From Promethearchaeota archaeon (GTDB lineage Archaea > Asgardarchaeota > Lokiarchaeia > Sigyniarchaeales > SOKP01), in the NCBI GenBank assembly GCA_048938005.1, contig JBHLMQ010000043.1:1-26183 (forward strand): DNA of 26,183 nucleotides. The letters run 5' to 3'. Made by a program: the position numbers and the translations under genes. Below the pieces are notes generated by a model. The model was not told the origin of the DNA, made no database searches, and saw only the letters and a list, made by a program, of their open reading frames with translations. Of the stretch, positions 16,815-25,951 are shown in pieces (within the stretch, counting starts at the first letter, position 1; each line of letters opens with the position of its first letter).

Positions 16815-18499
16815 TGGAAGTTTTAGAATTAAAACCTTTGAAGAAAAAAAGTTTGAAATTGGTATTGATAGAAAGTGAATTTCCAATAGAGTGGTGGTTT
16901 GAGACATCAGCACAGAAAAAGCATGATTTAGTATGGAATTTACATCTAATTTCGAAGGAATACCTTAATCTAATTAAAGATCTCATAGCAAAATATAATC
17001 CTGATTTTGCTGTCGAGGAGAAAGGAAGTCGATGGGAAGATACAATATCTCACGATGATCCTTTAGAAACATTATTCAGGGAATATAAAATCCCATATAA
17101 AATGGTAGATATTTCAGAAAATGCAGAAAATTATCTTTCCTCGAATTTGGAAGATCACAGACAACTTATAAAGCAATTAATAATATCAATTAAAGATATT
17201 AAAAAGAGTAATGATAAAAACTTTCCAAAAGATGATTTTGAGTTTCAGAGAATGGTTTTATGGAAGGAATATTTGCAGCAAGAATACAACCTTCAAGAAA
17301 ATGAAATAAGATATAATGTTCGTGAAGCTTGGATGATGATGGGAATTATAAAATTTGCAAAGAAAATGATTGAAAAAAAATTGAAAGCATTCTTTATCTG
17401 TGATCATAGGCATTTCAAAGGTATCACTAAATTAGCAGAAGATTTAGGCATTCAAACCGAAGAAATAAGAATCAAACGGTTAGCAAAAGTTATAAATAAT
17501 CCTGGTTCTAATTCCATTAATACTATAATTGGCAAATCTATACTTGAATTATCTCCAATTAAAGTGAAAAAGAATGAATCACTAGAAAAAATTTGTTACT
17601 TTTTTGATACTGATGATAATGCTTCTCCTTTCGATATAAATATGGCTTATGATGCTGGTTTTGATGTTGTTATCCCTATTAGTAAGATGACTGCTGAGCA
17701 AGTCCCAAAGCTAGTACAGGATGCCATTTTTTCACGTAAGCCAAAAGCACCCACAACATTTTTTATTGGCGGTTCTAATGTTAAAGAAGGAGAGGAAATA
17801 GCTAAAAGAGTTATAAAATCGTTAATAAGCCCATTTGAATGTCCAGTGATTATTGATCCTCGTGGTTCTCACACCACAGCCTCTTCAATCGTTGCTAAAA
17901 CTATTCAAGTCGCAAGGGAACTTGATCTATATGATTTAAAAGGTAAAAAAGTAGTTATTTTTGGAGCAGGACCAGTTGGAAGAATAGCAGCTATACTAGC
18001 AGCAAAATTAAAATGTACAACTTATCTAGTAGAAACATGGGAAAAATCCAGTGAACAATCTATTAAAAAATTGGCAAAAGAATTAATGGAAGAAGCTGGA
18101 GAAAATGCTACAGAAATTGTGGGTATTTTTGCACCAAACGATGAAAAAAAATTAGAAATAATAAAAGATGCAGATATTATTTGGTCACTTGCTGCTGCTG
18201 GAGTACAAATATTATCAAAAAGTTTAATGCTTAAACTTAAAAATAAAATTCTAATTGATATAAATTTAGTTCCTCCTTATGGAATTGAAGGATTAAAGCC
18301 AAAAGATGATAACAAAGAGATCTATCCAACTATATACGGAATTGGCGCTTTAGCTTTAGGGCGTTTGAAATCTAATATTGAGGCAAATATACTTAAAGAA
18401 GCATCAAATAGTAAGGGAAAAAAAATTTTTGATTATAATTATGCTTTTGAACAAGCAAAGAAGATCTTGTTAGGAAATGAAATAAAAATCTCTGCTTAA
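16814..18499 (+). CDS. Unknown N-terminal domain (about 245 aa) fused to NAD(P)-dependent methylene-tetrahydromethanopterin dehydrogenase (MtdA/MtdB family)
   Basis: SPFDINMAYDAGFD, QDAIFSR, FIGG, DPRGSHTTA, GAGPVG, AAAGVQI, DINLVPPYGIEG and GIGALALG are MtdA/B family motifs. Confidence 0.88.
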   Translation: MEVLELKPLKKKSLKLVLIESEFPIEWWFETSAQKKHDLVWNLHLISKEYLNLIKDLIAKYNPDFAVEEKGSRWEDTISHDDPLETLFREYKIPYKMVDISENAENYLSSNLEDHRQLIKQLIISIKDIKKSNDKNFPKDDFEFQRMVLWKEYLQQEYNLQENEIRYNVREAWMMMGIIKFAKKMIEKKLKAFFICDHRHFKGITKLAEDLGIQTEEIRIKRLAKVINNPGSNSINTIIGKSILELSPIKVKKNESLEKICYFFDTDDNASPFDINMAYDAGFDVVIPISKMTAEQVPKLVQDAIFSRKPKAPTTFFIGGSNVKEGEEIAKRVIKSLISPFECPVIIDPRGSHTTASSIVAKTIQVARELDLYDLKGKKVVIFGAGPVGRIAAILAAKLKCTTYLVETWEKSSEQSIKKLAKELMEEAGENATEIVGIFAPNDEKKLEIIKDADIIWSLAAAGVQILSKSLMLKLKNKILIDINLVPPYGIEGLKPKDDNKEIYPTIYGIGALALGRLKSNIEANILKEASNSKGKKIFDYNYAFEQAKKILLGNEIKISA

Positions 18500-18555
18500 T
18501 TTTTTTTTAATTTTTAAAATTTACTTAAATAAAGAATAAAAAAATTGGAGTGAAT

Positions 18556-18723
18556 ATGATGTGTAAAAATATTTTAGACGATAATGAAATATATAAATCC
18601 AAAAATGAAACATTAACTAATAGTGAATCCGTTATTAAGAAAGATTTTAAAGCATCTATTATGAGTTGGCAATATAGAAAGAAACGGGATAAATTAATTG
18701 AAAGATTCCAAAGCAGATTGTAA
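18556..18723 (+). CDS. Small hypothetical protein (55 aa), not in the ORF track
   Basis: GGAGTGA SD, then MMCKNILDDNEIYKS...SIMSWQYRKKRDKLIERFQSRL*. Confidence 0.55.
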   Translation: MMCKNILDDNEIYKSKNETLTNSESVIKKDFKASIMSWQYRKKRDKLIERFQSRL

Positions 18724-18933
18724 AATTTCAGAGTATAAGATAAAGATGTTATTAATGATATAATACAAATTTTTCAATATGTTTCTGTATTTTTTTTTAT
18801 GAGTTTTGATTAACTTATTCTGTTATTATATTAAAAATCCAATAGGGAATGATATAGAAAAAAATGCTATAAAGGGAGATCTATTGCCAGCTGTATGGAT
18901 TAAATTTAAAAAATAAAGAGACAATAAATCATT

Positions 18934-19387
18934 TCAAATTTTTTTTTTGTATTCTTTTTTAAATCCTGTTCGCCCAATTACTTTATTCAATTTTTCTAGA
19001 GCTCTATAGTTAAGATTAATTCTTATTGATTCACATCCCCATGATTTTAATATTTGAATTGCTTTATCTGCTAAGACTCTACCTATTTATCTTCCAATGA
19101 ATTCTTTCTCAATTGCCCAATTATCCAATGTATTGACCTAGGGGATTCTTTGAAGCTTCAATCATTCCCATACCTACAATTTCATTAATAGATTTTAGTT
19201 CAGCAATTAAAGTAATTTTTTTTAAATTTGGTTTAAATTGCCTAAGACTAGATGATTGTCTCCATTGATCTTCTCTTAACCTGATATCATATAAAGTATA
19301 AAGTTGTTTTAATATTTTTAAAGTAGCTCGATAATCAGAAGTTTTATAATTTCATATTATAATTTGATTTTCTTCAAATTCTTTCAT
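18934..19387 (-). pseudogene. GNAT-family N-acetyltransferase pseudogene
   Basis: MKEFEENQIII*NYKTSDY...IAELKSINEIVGMGMI...GQYIG / frameshift near 19125 / LDNWAIEKEFIGR*IGRVLADKAIQILKSWGCESIRINL...RTGFKK. Internal stops at 19352-19354 and 19087-19089. Confidence 0.75.
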
Positions 19388-19393
19388 AAATAT

Positions 19394-20185
19394 TTAAAAT
19401 ATAAATAATTTTAATAAAGAAAATATTCCAATTCCAACAGCATAAAAAGGGATAAAATATTTCCAGATTTTATTAGGAATGACTCGTACTAAATAAGGGG
19501 CACAAAGAGCTGCAAAAAAACCCCCGGTAAATAATGAGGGGAGAAGAACAAGATCTACTTCCACACCTACAAAACTGATAAAAAAGAATGTTAAAATACC
19601 CACAATTGAGACAATTGATTCTGCAAAGGATACAATTGCAGTTGCACTTTTTTCATAGATACCTGAAAATATTTGTCCCATAGTAATAACGGGTCCGTAT
19701 CCTCCTCCTCCAATTCCTTTATTAAAACCGGCTAATATAGAAAATCCTATTAACATTTTAGGGCGTGTATTAGAAAACTCTATTTTTCTTAATTTTATCC
19801 TTAATAACCCTGAAAAACCCATAAAAATTACTAGAATTGCAACATATGTCTTAATCACTATAGCAGGAAATTTTATCGCAAGATATCCTAAAAGAACTGA
19901 TGCTAATATAGCTAAACTACCAAAATATGCCATTATAAGAGCAATTTTAGTAGCATCATTTAAAGGACGGAAAGAATAACGAACATTTCTAAATTCATGA
20001 TCAAAAAAAGTATCAATTATGCCAGTTATTGCTTCAGAAATTAAGATGGCTGGAACAACTTGAAGTGGAGAATAACCTAACAAGAATAGTAATGGTGATA
20101 ATGCTGTACCAAACCCCATTCCTGCCATAGAATCCATAGATTCAAATAAAAATGCTAACAAAATTATGAATAAGATTAATTCCAT
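19394..20185 (-). CDS. TSUP (TauE/SafE sulfite exporter family) membrane transporter
   Basis: Hydrophobic protein with repeated Gly motifs MAGMGFGTALSPLL and GIGGGGYGPV. Confidence 0.85.
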   Translation of the reverse strand: MELILFIILLAFLFESMDSMAGMGFGTALSPLLFLLGYSPLQVVPAILISEAITGIIDTFFDHEFRNVRYSFRPLNDATKIALIMAYFGSLAILASVLLGYLAIKFPAIVIKTYVAILVIFMGFSGLLRIKLRKIEFSNTRPKMLIGFSILAGFNKGIGGGGYGPVITMGQIFSGIYEKSATAIVSFAESIVSIVGILTFFFISFVGVEVDLVLLPSLFTGGFFAALCAPYLVRVIPNKIWKYFIPFYAVGIGIFSLLKLFIF

Positions 20186-20197
20186 AATAATATAGCC

Positions 20198-20353
20198 CTA
20201 CAGGAAGAAATAAAAAAATATCATTACTAAAAAATAACAAAGTAATGCAATGCCTATTTTTTTTTTAGAACTTTTTTCCACTTTCAATCTTTCTAAAATT
20301 GGTTTTTCATCTAATTCACGTGCTTCTTTTCCAATTTCCCATCTTACTGGCAT
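20198..20353 (-). CDS. Small single-TM hypothetical protein (51 aa), not in the ORF track
   Basis: MPVRWEIGKEARELDEKPILERLKVEKSSKKKIGIALLCYFLVMIFFYFFL*; ends 12 nt before the TSUP start. Confidence 0.6.
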   Translation of the reverse strand: MPVRWEIGKEARELDEKPILERLKVEKSSKKKIGIALLCYFLVMIFFYFFL

Positions 20354-20536
20354 TTTAATTTAATTAATTTTTTAATTATAATTTATTAAATATCATTAGA
20401 TATAATTAAATATAATAATAATCTATTATATAAAGCTTATGTTTTTTTATATATCTAACGATTCAGCTTTTATTTAAATAAAATTTGATAAAGCTATTTT
20501 TTATTCACTTTTTAAAATATAGTCAAAAATCTTAAT

Positions 20537-22666
20537 TTAAAAACCTGTAAAAAGAAAAAATACCCAATTTATTATTCCGCCTATGAATAAGGCAATTCCA
20601 ATTTCAAGACCAGCTATTTGTAAAGCATATTTCCAATTAGTTTCTTTAGCAATTAAGACTATTGTTGCAAAGCACGGAATATAAAGCATTGTTACTAAAC
20701 TGAAAACTATCATCTGGATTGGAGTAAGTAATCCTAGGAGGGTTGTGCCCATAGAATTAGCTAATACAGCTAAAAGGACTAAAGTTAATTCTTTTCTAAG
20801 GATCCCATATATTAAAAAGATACCAGTAATAGCTGGTAATCCTAGCCAGTAAACTGTAATTGGCGATAAAAGAAAATTGATAGGATCTAATAATCGAAAC
20901 ATGAATAATATTTCTAATAAAATTCCTGTTATTATAATGATAGGCATTGCTTTATAGATGAATTCTTTTGTTCTTATCCAGGTTTGTTTTAATATTACAT
21001 TATGATTTGGAACCCGATATTCATGCATTTCCATAATTAATTCTGTACATTGACCAGGCAAGATCTTATTCAATATTTTACCCGTAATTATTATTACAAT
21101 GAAATTTATTACAAATAATATTAAAACCCAAATTATGCCTAGATATCGCCCAACCAAACCCATAACTACGGTCATTACTGCTGCACATGGAATTAAAGAA
21201 GTTAATACTATTGAAATTTTCTTTTCTCGTTCTGTTTCCATTATTCTGCATCCAGTGCACGCAGGAACGTTACATCCAAATCCTAATATCATAGGAATGA
21301 TAGTTTTTCCATGAACACCTAAGAAATGCATGAATCTATCCATGAGGTATGCTGCTCGGGGTAAATAACCAGAATCTTGCAAGAATTCAATAATTAAAAA
21401 GAAAGGAATGACATATACTAGAACACCACTCATCGCTCCAAAAATACTTCCTAAACCACCTTCCCAAAATATTTTAACCCCTAAATCATTCTCATTGAAG
21501 ATACTATAAATAAAACTGCTTAAAAACTCATAGGATTCCTGAATTAATCCCCCTAAGAAATTTCCAATAAAGAATGTAAACGTATAGATTCCAACAAGAA
21601 TTAAGATTAATATGATATAACCCCAAAAAGAATGTGTAGTTAAATGGTCTAGTTTCTCAGCCCATGCGAATTTTTTTTCACCATGGCCTTTAAGAATAAC
21701 AACTTCTTCAATAATTCTATGAATATTTGTATAGATTTCAGAAGAAATAATTGTACTGATATCTTCTCCATGTAATTCTTCTAATTCTTTTCGAAAATTT
21801 TCTGCTAAGTCAATTATATAAGTGGTTTTCTGGTTAGCTTCAAATATTTTTTCAATTTCTTCATCGTTTTCTAAAATCTTAATAGCTAAAAATCGTGAAG
21901 GGTAATTAAATGTTGAAAAATATTCTAAATGGATATCAATATTTCTAATTAATTGATTTATTCTAATTTCAACTTCTTTACCATAACTCAATATTGAGGA
22001 TAAATCTGGAAAATGAAAAGCTTCTTTGATAGAGAAATCATTATTAATCTTTTTATCATTATGAGATAGTTGTTCATGAACTTTTTTACCTTCCTGAATA
22101 TAATGTGAAGTAGGTTGATGATAAACTACTAATTCTATTGTTTCTTCAAGTAATTGATGAACTCCTGTTCCATGAACAGCTACAACAGGAATAACGGGTA
22201 ATTTAAAGATTTCTTCTAATCTTTCAAAATTTAATTTTAGATTTCTTTTTCTTAAGATATCCATTTGATTAATAGCTAAGATCATTGGGACATTAAGTTC
22301 TAATAGCTGAAATGTAAAGAACAAATTGCGTTCAAGATTAGTGGCATCAATTACATTAATGATAACATCTACTTCTTCTGAGATGATATACTCTCTGCTA
22401 ATAATTTCTTCTAATGAATAAGTTGATAGAGAATAAATTCCTGGTAAATCTACAATATTAAAACGGTAACCTAAGAAATTTAAATGTCCTTCCATTTTTT
22501 CTACGGTTTTTCCAGGCCAATTTCCAATAGTCTGAGAAAGTCCAGTAAGTTGATTAAAGATTACTGATTTGCCCACATTGGCATTACCAGCTAAAGCAAT
22601 ATTAATAATATCTTTAGCTTTCTTATATTTCTTATCCTGCTTTTTCTTAGATTTATGGATCTGCAT
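20537..22666 (-). CDS. feoB: Ferrous iron transport protein B
   Basis: GNANVGKS, GNWPGKTVE, DLPGIYSL, NQMD, QDSGYLPRAAYLMD, GFGCNVPA, LYIPCFATI. Confidence 0.97.
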   Translation of the reverse strand: MQIHKSKKKQDKKYKKAKDIINIALAGNANVGKSVIFNQLTGLSQTIGNWPGKTVEKMEGHLNFLGYRFNIVDLPGIYSLSTYSLEEIISREYIISEEVDVIINVIDATNLERNLFFTFQLLELNVPMILAINQMDILRKRNLKLNFERLEEIFKLPVIPVVAVHGTGVHQLLEETIELVVYHQPTSHYIQEGKKVHEQLSHNDKKINNDFSIKEAFHFPDLSSILSYGKEVEIRINQLIRNIDIHLEYFSTFNYPSRFLAIKILENDEEIEKIFEANQKTTYIIDLAENFRKELEELHGEDISTIISSEIYTNIHRIIEEVVILKGHGEKKFAWAEKLDHLTTHSFWGYIILILILVGIYTFTFFIGNFLGGLIQESYEFLSSFIYSIFNENDLGVKIFWEGGLGSIFGAMSGVLVYVIPFFLIIEFLQDSGYLPRAAYLMDRFMHFLGVHGKTIIPMILGFGCNVPACTGCRIMETEREKKISIVLTSLIPCAAVMTVVMGLVGRYLGIIWVLILFVINFIVIIITGKILNKILPGQCTELIMEMHEYRVPNHNVILKQTWIRTKEFIYKAMPIIIITGILLEILFMFRLLDPINFLLSPITVYWLGLPAITGIFLIYGILRKELTLVLLAVLANSMGTTLLGLLTPIQMIVFSLVTMLYIPCFATIVLIAKETNWKYALQIAGLEIGIALFIGGIINWVFFLFTGF

Positions 22667-22723
22667 TTCTGTTTCTAAAAAGATAGAATTTTAGGGTTGA
22701 ATTATCAAATTGTTTTAAAATAA

Positions 22724-23014
22724 TTATTTAGAATTGTCACTCATTACAATTATTCTAGCTGCTAATCCTCTGCCAATAATTAATGAAGATCCTTTTACAA
22801 TTATTTCAACAGGACCTCGAAAAGGAGCAGCTTTTTTTTTAATTATTTGAACCCCTGGTATAATTCCTAAATTAGCAAGTCTTCTTTTAGCATGATGCCC
22901 TGCATTTACTCTTAATATTTTAAGTTTTTTTCCCATTGGACAGTTAATCAAGCGATATATTAATGGTTCCACTTTTTTTTTCTCTTGAAAGGAACTTTTA
23001 AATTCTAATTCCAT
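22724..23014 (-). CDS. feoA: Ferrous iron transport protein A
   Basis: RRLANLGIIPG...APFRGPVEIIVKGSSLIIGRGLA; lies directly upstream of feoB. Confidence 0.95.
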   Translation of the reverse strand: MELEFKSSFQEKKKVEPLIYRLINCPMGKKLKILRVNAGHHAKRRLANLGIIPGVQIIKKKAAPFRGPVEIIVKGSSLIIGRGLAARIIVMSDNSK

Positions 23015-23081
23015 GATATTTTTTTGTGGAAAATAACTTTTTTTCTCTAATAAAATATATATTTAATTATATTTAAAGGTA

Positions 23082-23095
23082 TTAGTTATGCCTAA
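23082..23095. promoter_or_regulatory. Candidate DtxR/MntR-type operator TTAGTTATGCCTAA upstream of feoAB
   Basis: TTAG-N6-CTAA imperfect palindrome resembling DtxR/IdeR boxes. It sits next to a minus-strand TTTAAATA TATA-like box, and a DtxR-family gene is nearby. Confidence 0.55.
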
Positions 23096-23386
23096 AAAGT
23101 GATTGTTTTTCTTTTATTCATTTTACCTCTTTCTTAAATTTGATAACTTTTTAAACCCATGAATTTAATAATTATTATTAAATTCAATATTGATTAAATT
23201 ACGATAAAGATTTATTCAAATATTATAAAATAGAGTCAGAATTTTATTATAGAACATTATGATTGAGGATAAAATTTTTAAGTTATTTTGAATATTTATT
23301 CATAACACTTAAGTAAGTAGGTTAATATTAATATAATAGGAAATTATAATGAATAATCATTCATAAGAAAAGGAGGTAATAAAAAT

Positions 23387-23767
23387 ATGCCAGGTGGAGA
23401 TAGAACTGGACCTAGAGGGCTAGGTTCAATGACTGGAAGAGGTTTAGGATATTGTGCAGGTTATGATACACCAGGATATACTAAGGGTCCCGGAATGGGA
23501 CTTGGAAGAGGTTGGGGACGAAGTTGGGGAATAGGATATGGTAGAGGATCTTGGTACGGTAGAGGGCGTGGTTGGGGTTATAGAGGCCCAATTTTTGCAC
23601 CTGTTTATACTCCATATCCATCAGGTATTACCCCAAAAATCACGCCAGAGAATCAATTAACGATGCTTAAACAAGAGAAAGAATATCTGGAATCAGAAAT
23701 GAATGGAATTAATAGCGCAATAGAAGATATCTCTAAAAGGATTGCAGAATTAGAAAAAAAGGAGTAA
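23387..23767 (+). CDS. DUF5320-family Gly/Arg-rich protein
   Basis: N-terminus MPGGDRTGPRGLGSMTGRGLGYCAG, GRG repeats and a C-terminal coiled coil; AGGAGG SD. Confidence 0.85.
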   Translation: MPGGDRTGPRGLGSMTGRGLGYCAGYDTPGYTKGPGMGLGRGWGRSWGIGYGRGSWYGRGRGWGYRGPIFAPVYTPYPSGITPKITPENQLTMLKQEKEYLESEMNGINSAIEDISKRIAELEKKE

Positions 23768-23809
23768 TTTTTTTTTATTTTTTTTATTGTTGATAGGTTA
23801 AATAATAAA

Positions 23810-24190
23810 ATGCCAGAAATTCATGAAAGCTATGAGAATTATTTAAAAGCAATATGTTTAATTTCAAAAGGTAATAAAGGTGGTTGGACATCCAATTCCG
23901 AAATCTCAAATTTCTTAAATGTTAAACCATCTTCAGTGACTAACATGTTATATAATTTAAAAGAAAAGGGATTAATAACATGGAAGCCAAGGAAATCTCT
24001 AAGATTAACTAAAAAAGGAAAAGAAATTAGTATGAACATCATTAAAAACTATAATTGTTTATTTTCATTTTTTATAAAGGTTCTAAAGGTAAAAAATAAA
24101 TCCATTGTGCATAAATTATCTTGTGAAATTGAGCATCATCTAAATCCTGAAGTATCTAAAGCATTAGAAAATCTAGTCCTTGAATATTAA
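23810..24190 (+). CDS. DtxR/MntR-family metal-dependent transcriptional regulator
   Basis: ENYLKAI, LNVKPSSVTNML, LTKKG, CEIEHHL. Confidence 0.9.
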   Translation: MPEIHESYENYLKAICLISKGNKGGWTSNSEISNFLNVKPSSVTNMLYNLKEKGLITWKPRKSLRLTKKGKEISMNIIKNYNCLFSFFIKVLKVKNKSIVHKLSCEIEHHLNPEVSKALENLVLEY

Positions 24191-24214
24191 TGATTCTTGC
24201 TTTTTATAACGTCT

Positions 24215-24958
24215 TTAAGGTTGTATTGAAATGATTATAATAATAGTACAAACTCCCGCAATGATTAATAGAATTTGTCTAATACTATGACTCAAGTCTA
24301 CCTTACGATGTAAATTTGGAGCTAAATCAGTTAAAGCAATATAGATAAAACTTGCTGCTGAGATTGCTAAGAAAATAGGAATTAGAGATCTAATAACATC
24401 TAAAATGTAATAGCTAATGAGTGCGGCAGGAATAGTACTCGAACTGGATAAAGTATTTAAAATAAATGCTTTCTTCTTTGAGTATCCACTATCAAGGAGT
24501 ATAGCAAAATCCCCGATTTCTTGGGGGATTTCGTGAGTTATAATTGAAAGGCTAACAAGTATACCCATATTAGTAGAAATTAAAAAACCAGCTGCAATAA
24601 CTATACCATCCATAAAATTGTGAATTGTATCACCAATAAGAAGAATAGGTCCTGCAGCGCTTTGTATTCCACATTCTTCATCATGACAATGATGCCAAAT
24701 CACAGTTTTTTCTAAAAGGAAAAACATAATAATTCCCCCTAAAACAAATATCATTACTAAAGTTGGATTACTATTAGATACAGCATTCGGGATCATTCCT
24801 AGTAATGCAGCAGTTAGTAAAGTACCAGTTGCATAAGAAATTAAACTAGGTATGAGTACTTTCTGTATTTTAGTTTTAAAGGTAAGAAAAATTCCTGCGG
24901 TAATTATTGCTCCAATGCTGCCAATCATGCTGAATAATAAAACTAAAAAGATTATCAT
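24215..24958 (-). CDS. ZIP-family divalent metal transporter
   Basis: WHHCH, GDTIHNFMDG, HEIPQEIGDFAIL, FIYIALTDLAP. Confidence 0.93.
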   Translation of the reverse strand: MIIFLVLLFSMIGSIGAIITAGIFLTFKTKIQKVLIPSLISYATGTLLTAALLGMIPNAVSNSNPTLVMIFVLGGIIMFFLLEKTVIWHHCHDEECGIQSAAGPILLIGDTIHNFMDGIVIAAGFLISTNMGILVSLSIITHEIPQEIGDFAILLDSGYSKKKAFILNTLSSSSTIPAALISYYILDVIRSLIPIFLAISAASFIYIALTDLAPNLHRKVDLSHSIRQILLIIAGVCTIIIIISIQP

Positions 24959-24973
24959 ATTCTCTTCTCTATT

Positions 24974-25933
24974 TTATTCGATTTTAAATTTAAAATTTTT
25001 CTCTATATTTAATTTCCAAAATATTTGGTTATTATAATTGAGTTTTTTTATTTTCTTTTGAGAATTAAGGTGTGAAAGATGTGAAATAATTTGATCAGTG
25101 TTAAATCCAGTTGAAGAAAATGTTTCAATAATTTGATCTTGCCTCATTGGGTGTCTTTCAAGTATTGAAAGAAGTTCTTTTTCGAAATTTGACGAATAAA
25201 TATTAAATTTTCCTTCCTCTGGAAAATCAATATTAGTATAATCACAAAAGATTTCATTTAAAACTAAATTTATGTTCTTATCAGGAATTTTTACCCATTT
25301 TTCTACTGGAGGTCTTATTGGAACATTAATATCAATTCTATCTGGTTTTATTAAATCTAGTTTTTCTCTAATTTTTAATAATTCTTCTTTTGTATCATTA
25401 ATCCCTTTCATTAACATCACTTCTATCCAAAATCTACCAGAAAATTTTTTCCTAAAATCTATAAAACCTTGAATTAATTTGTCAAACTTTATAGAAGGAT
25501 GAGGACGATTTATTTTAATGAATGAATTTTCATCACCAGCATCTAAACTAGGTAAAACTACGTCTGAACACATTAACGTGTTCTGAACTTCTTTTTTATA
25601 AAGTAAACTTCCATTAGTAATCACACAAACAGGTTTTTCAGACAATTTCTTAGCTTTTAAAATTAAATCTTTTAAATCTTTATATAATGTAGGTTCCCCG
25701 CTTCCTACAAATGTTATGTAATCAAATTTATTCTCGTTTAATTTAATCGCCTTTTCCATTTCATTAGTGATTTCTTTCTTTGGGAGGTAATTTTTCCGGA
25801 TATTAGTGAAGTTAGTTGTTTTTCCTAATTGACAATAGATACATTGATAATTGCAAGTCTTTGAGGGGATTGGGTCAATTCCTAATGAACTTCCTAATCT
25901 CCTGCTAGGTACCGGGCCATATATATATTTCAT
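24974..25933 (-). CDS. Radical SAM protein (COG0731-like family)
   Basis: YGPVPSRRLGSSLGID, CNYQCIYC, GSGEPTL, ITNGSLL, SLDAG. Confidence 0.92.
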   Translation of the reverse strand: MKYIYGPVPSRRLGSSLGIDPIPSKTCNYQCIYCQLGKTTNFTNIRKNYLPKKEITNEMEKAIKLNENKFDYITFVGSGEPTLYKDLKDLILKAKKLSEKPVCVITNGSLLYKKEVQNTLMCSDVVLPSLDAGDENSFIKINRPHPSIKFDKLIQGFIDFRKKFSGRFWIEVMLMKGINDTKEELLKIREKLDLIKPDRIDINVPIRPPVEKWVKIPDKNINLVLNEIFCDYTNIDFPEEGKFNIYSSNFEKELLSILERHPMRQDQIIETFSSTGFNTDQIISHLSHLNSQKKIKKLNYNNQIFWKLNIEKNFKFKIE

Positions 25934-25951
25934 TTTTTTTAAGAATATTTA

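Noticed and set aside
19352-19354. In-frame TGA in the GNAT-like frame as Sec
   Set aside because: The position fits Arg (IR motif, CGA/AGA to TGA), and the gene also has a TAA and a frameshift.
23490-23590. G-rich repetitive stretch as a DNA repeat or G-quadruplex element
   Set aside because: Explained by the Gly/Arg/Trp codons of the DUF5320 protein.
203-25472. Short track ORFs antisense to or nested in real genes (e.g. 203..418, 1881..2090, 2203..2397, 2963..3202, 3066..3275, 4421..4720, 5090..5272, 8306..8515, 8403..8621, 10373..10561, 14099..14353, 16148..16387, 16789..16986, 21078..21260, 21099..21314, 23839..24042, 24852..25037, 25272..25472)
   Set aside because: They overlap well-supported CDSs and have no recognisable motifs.
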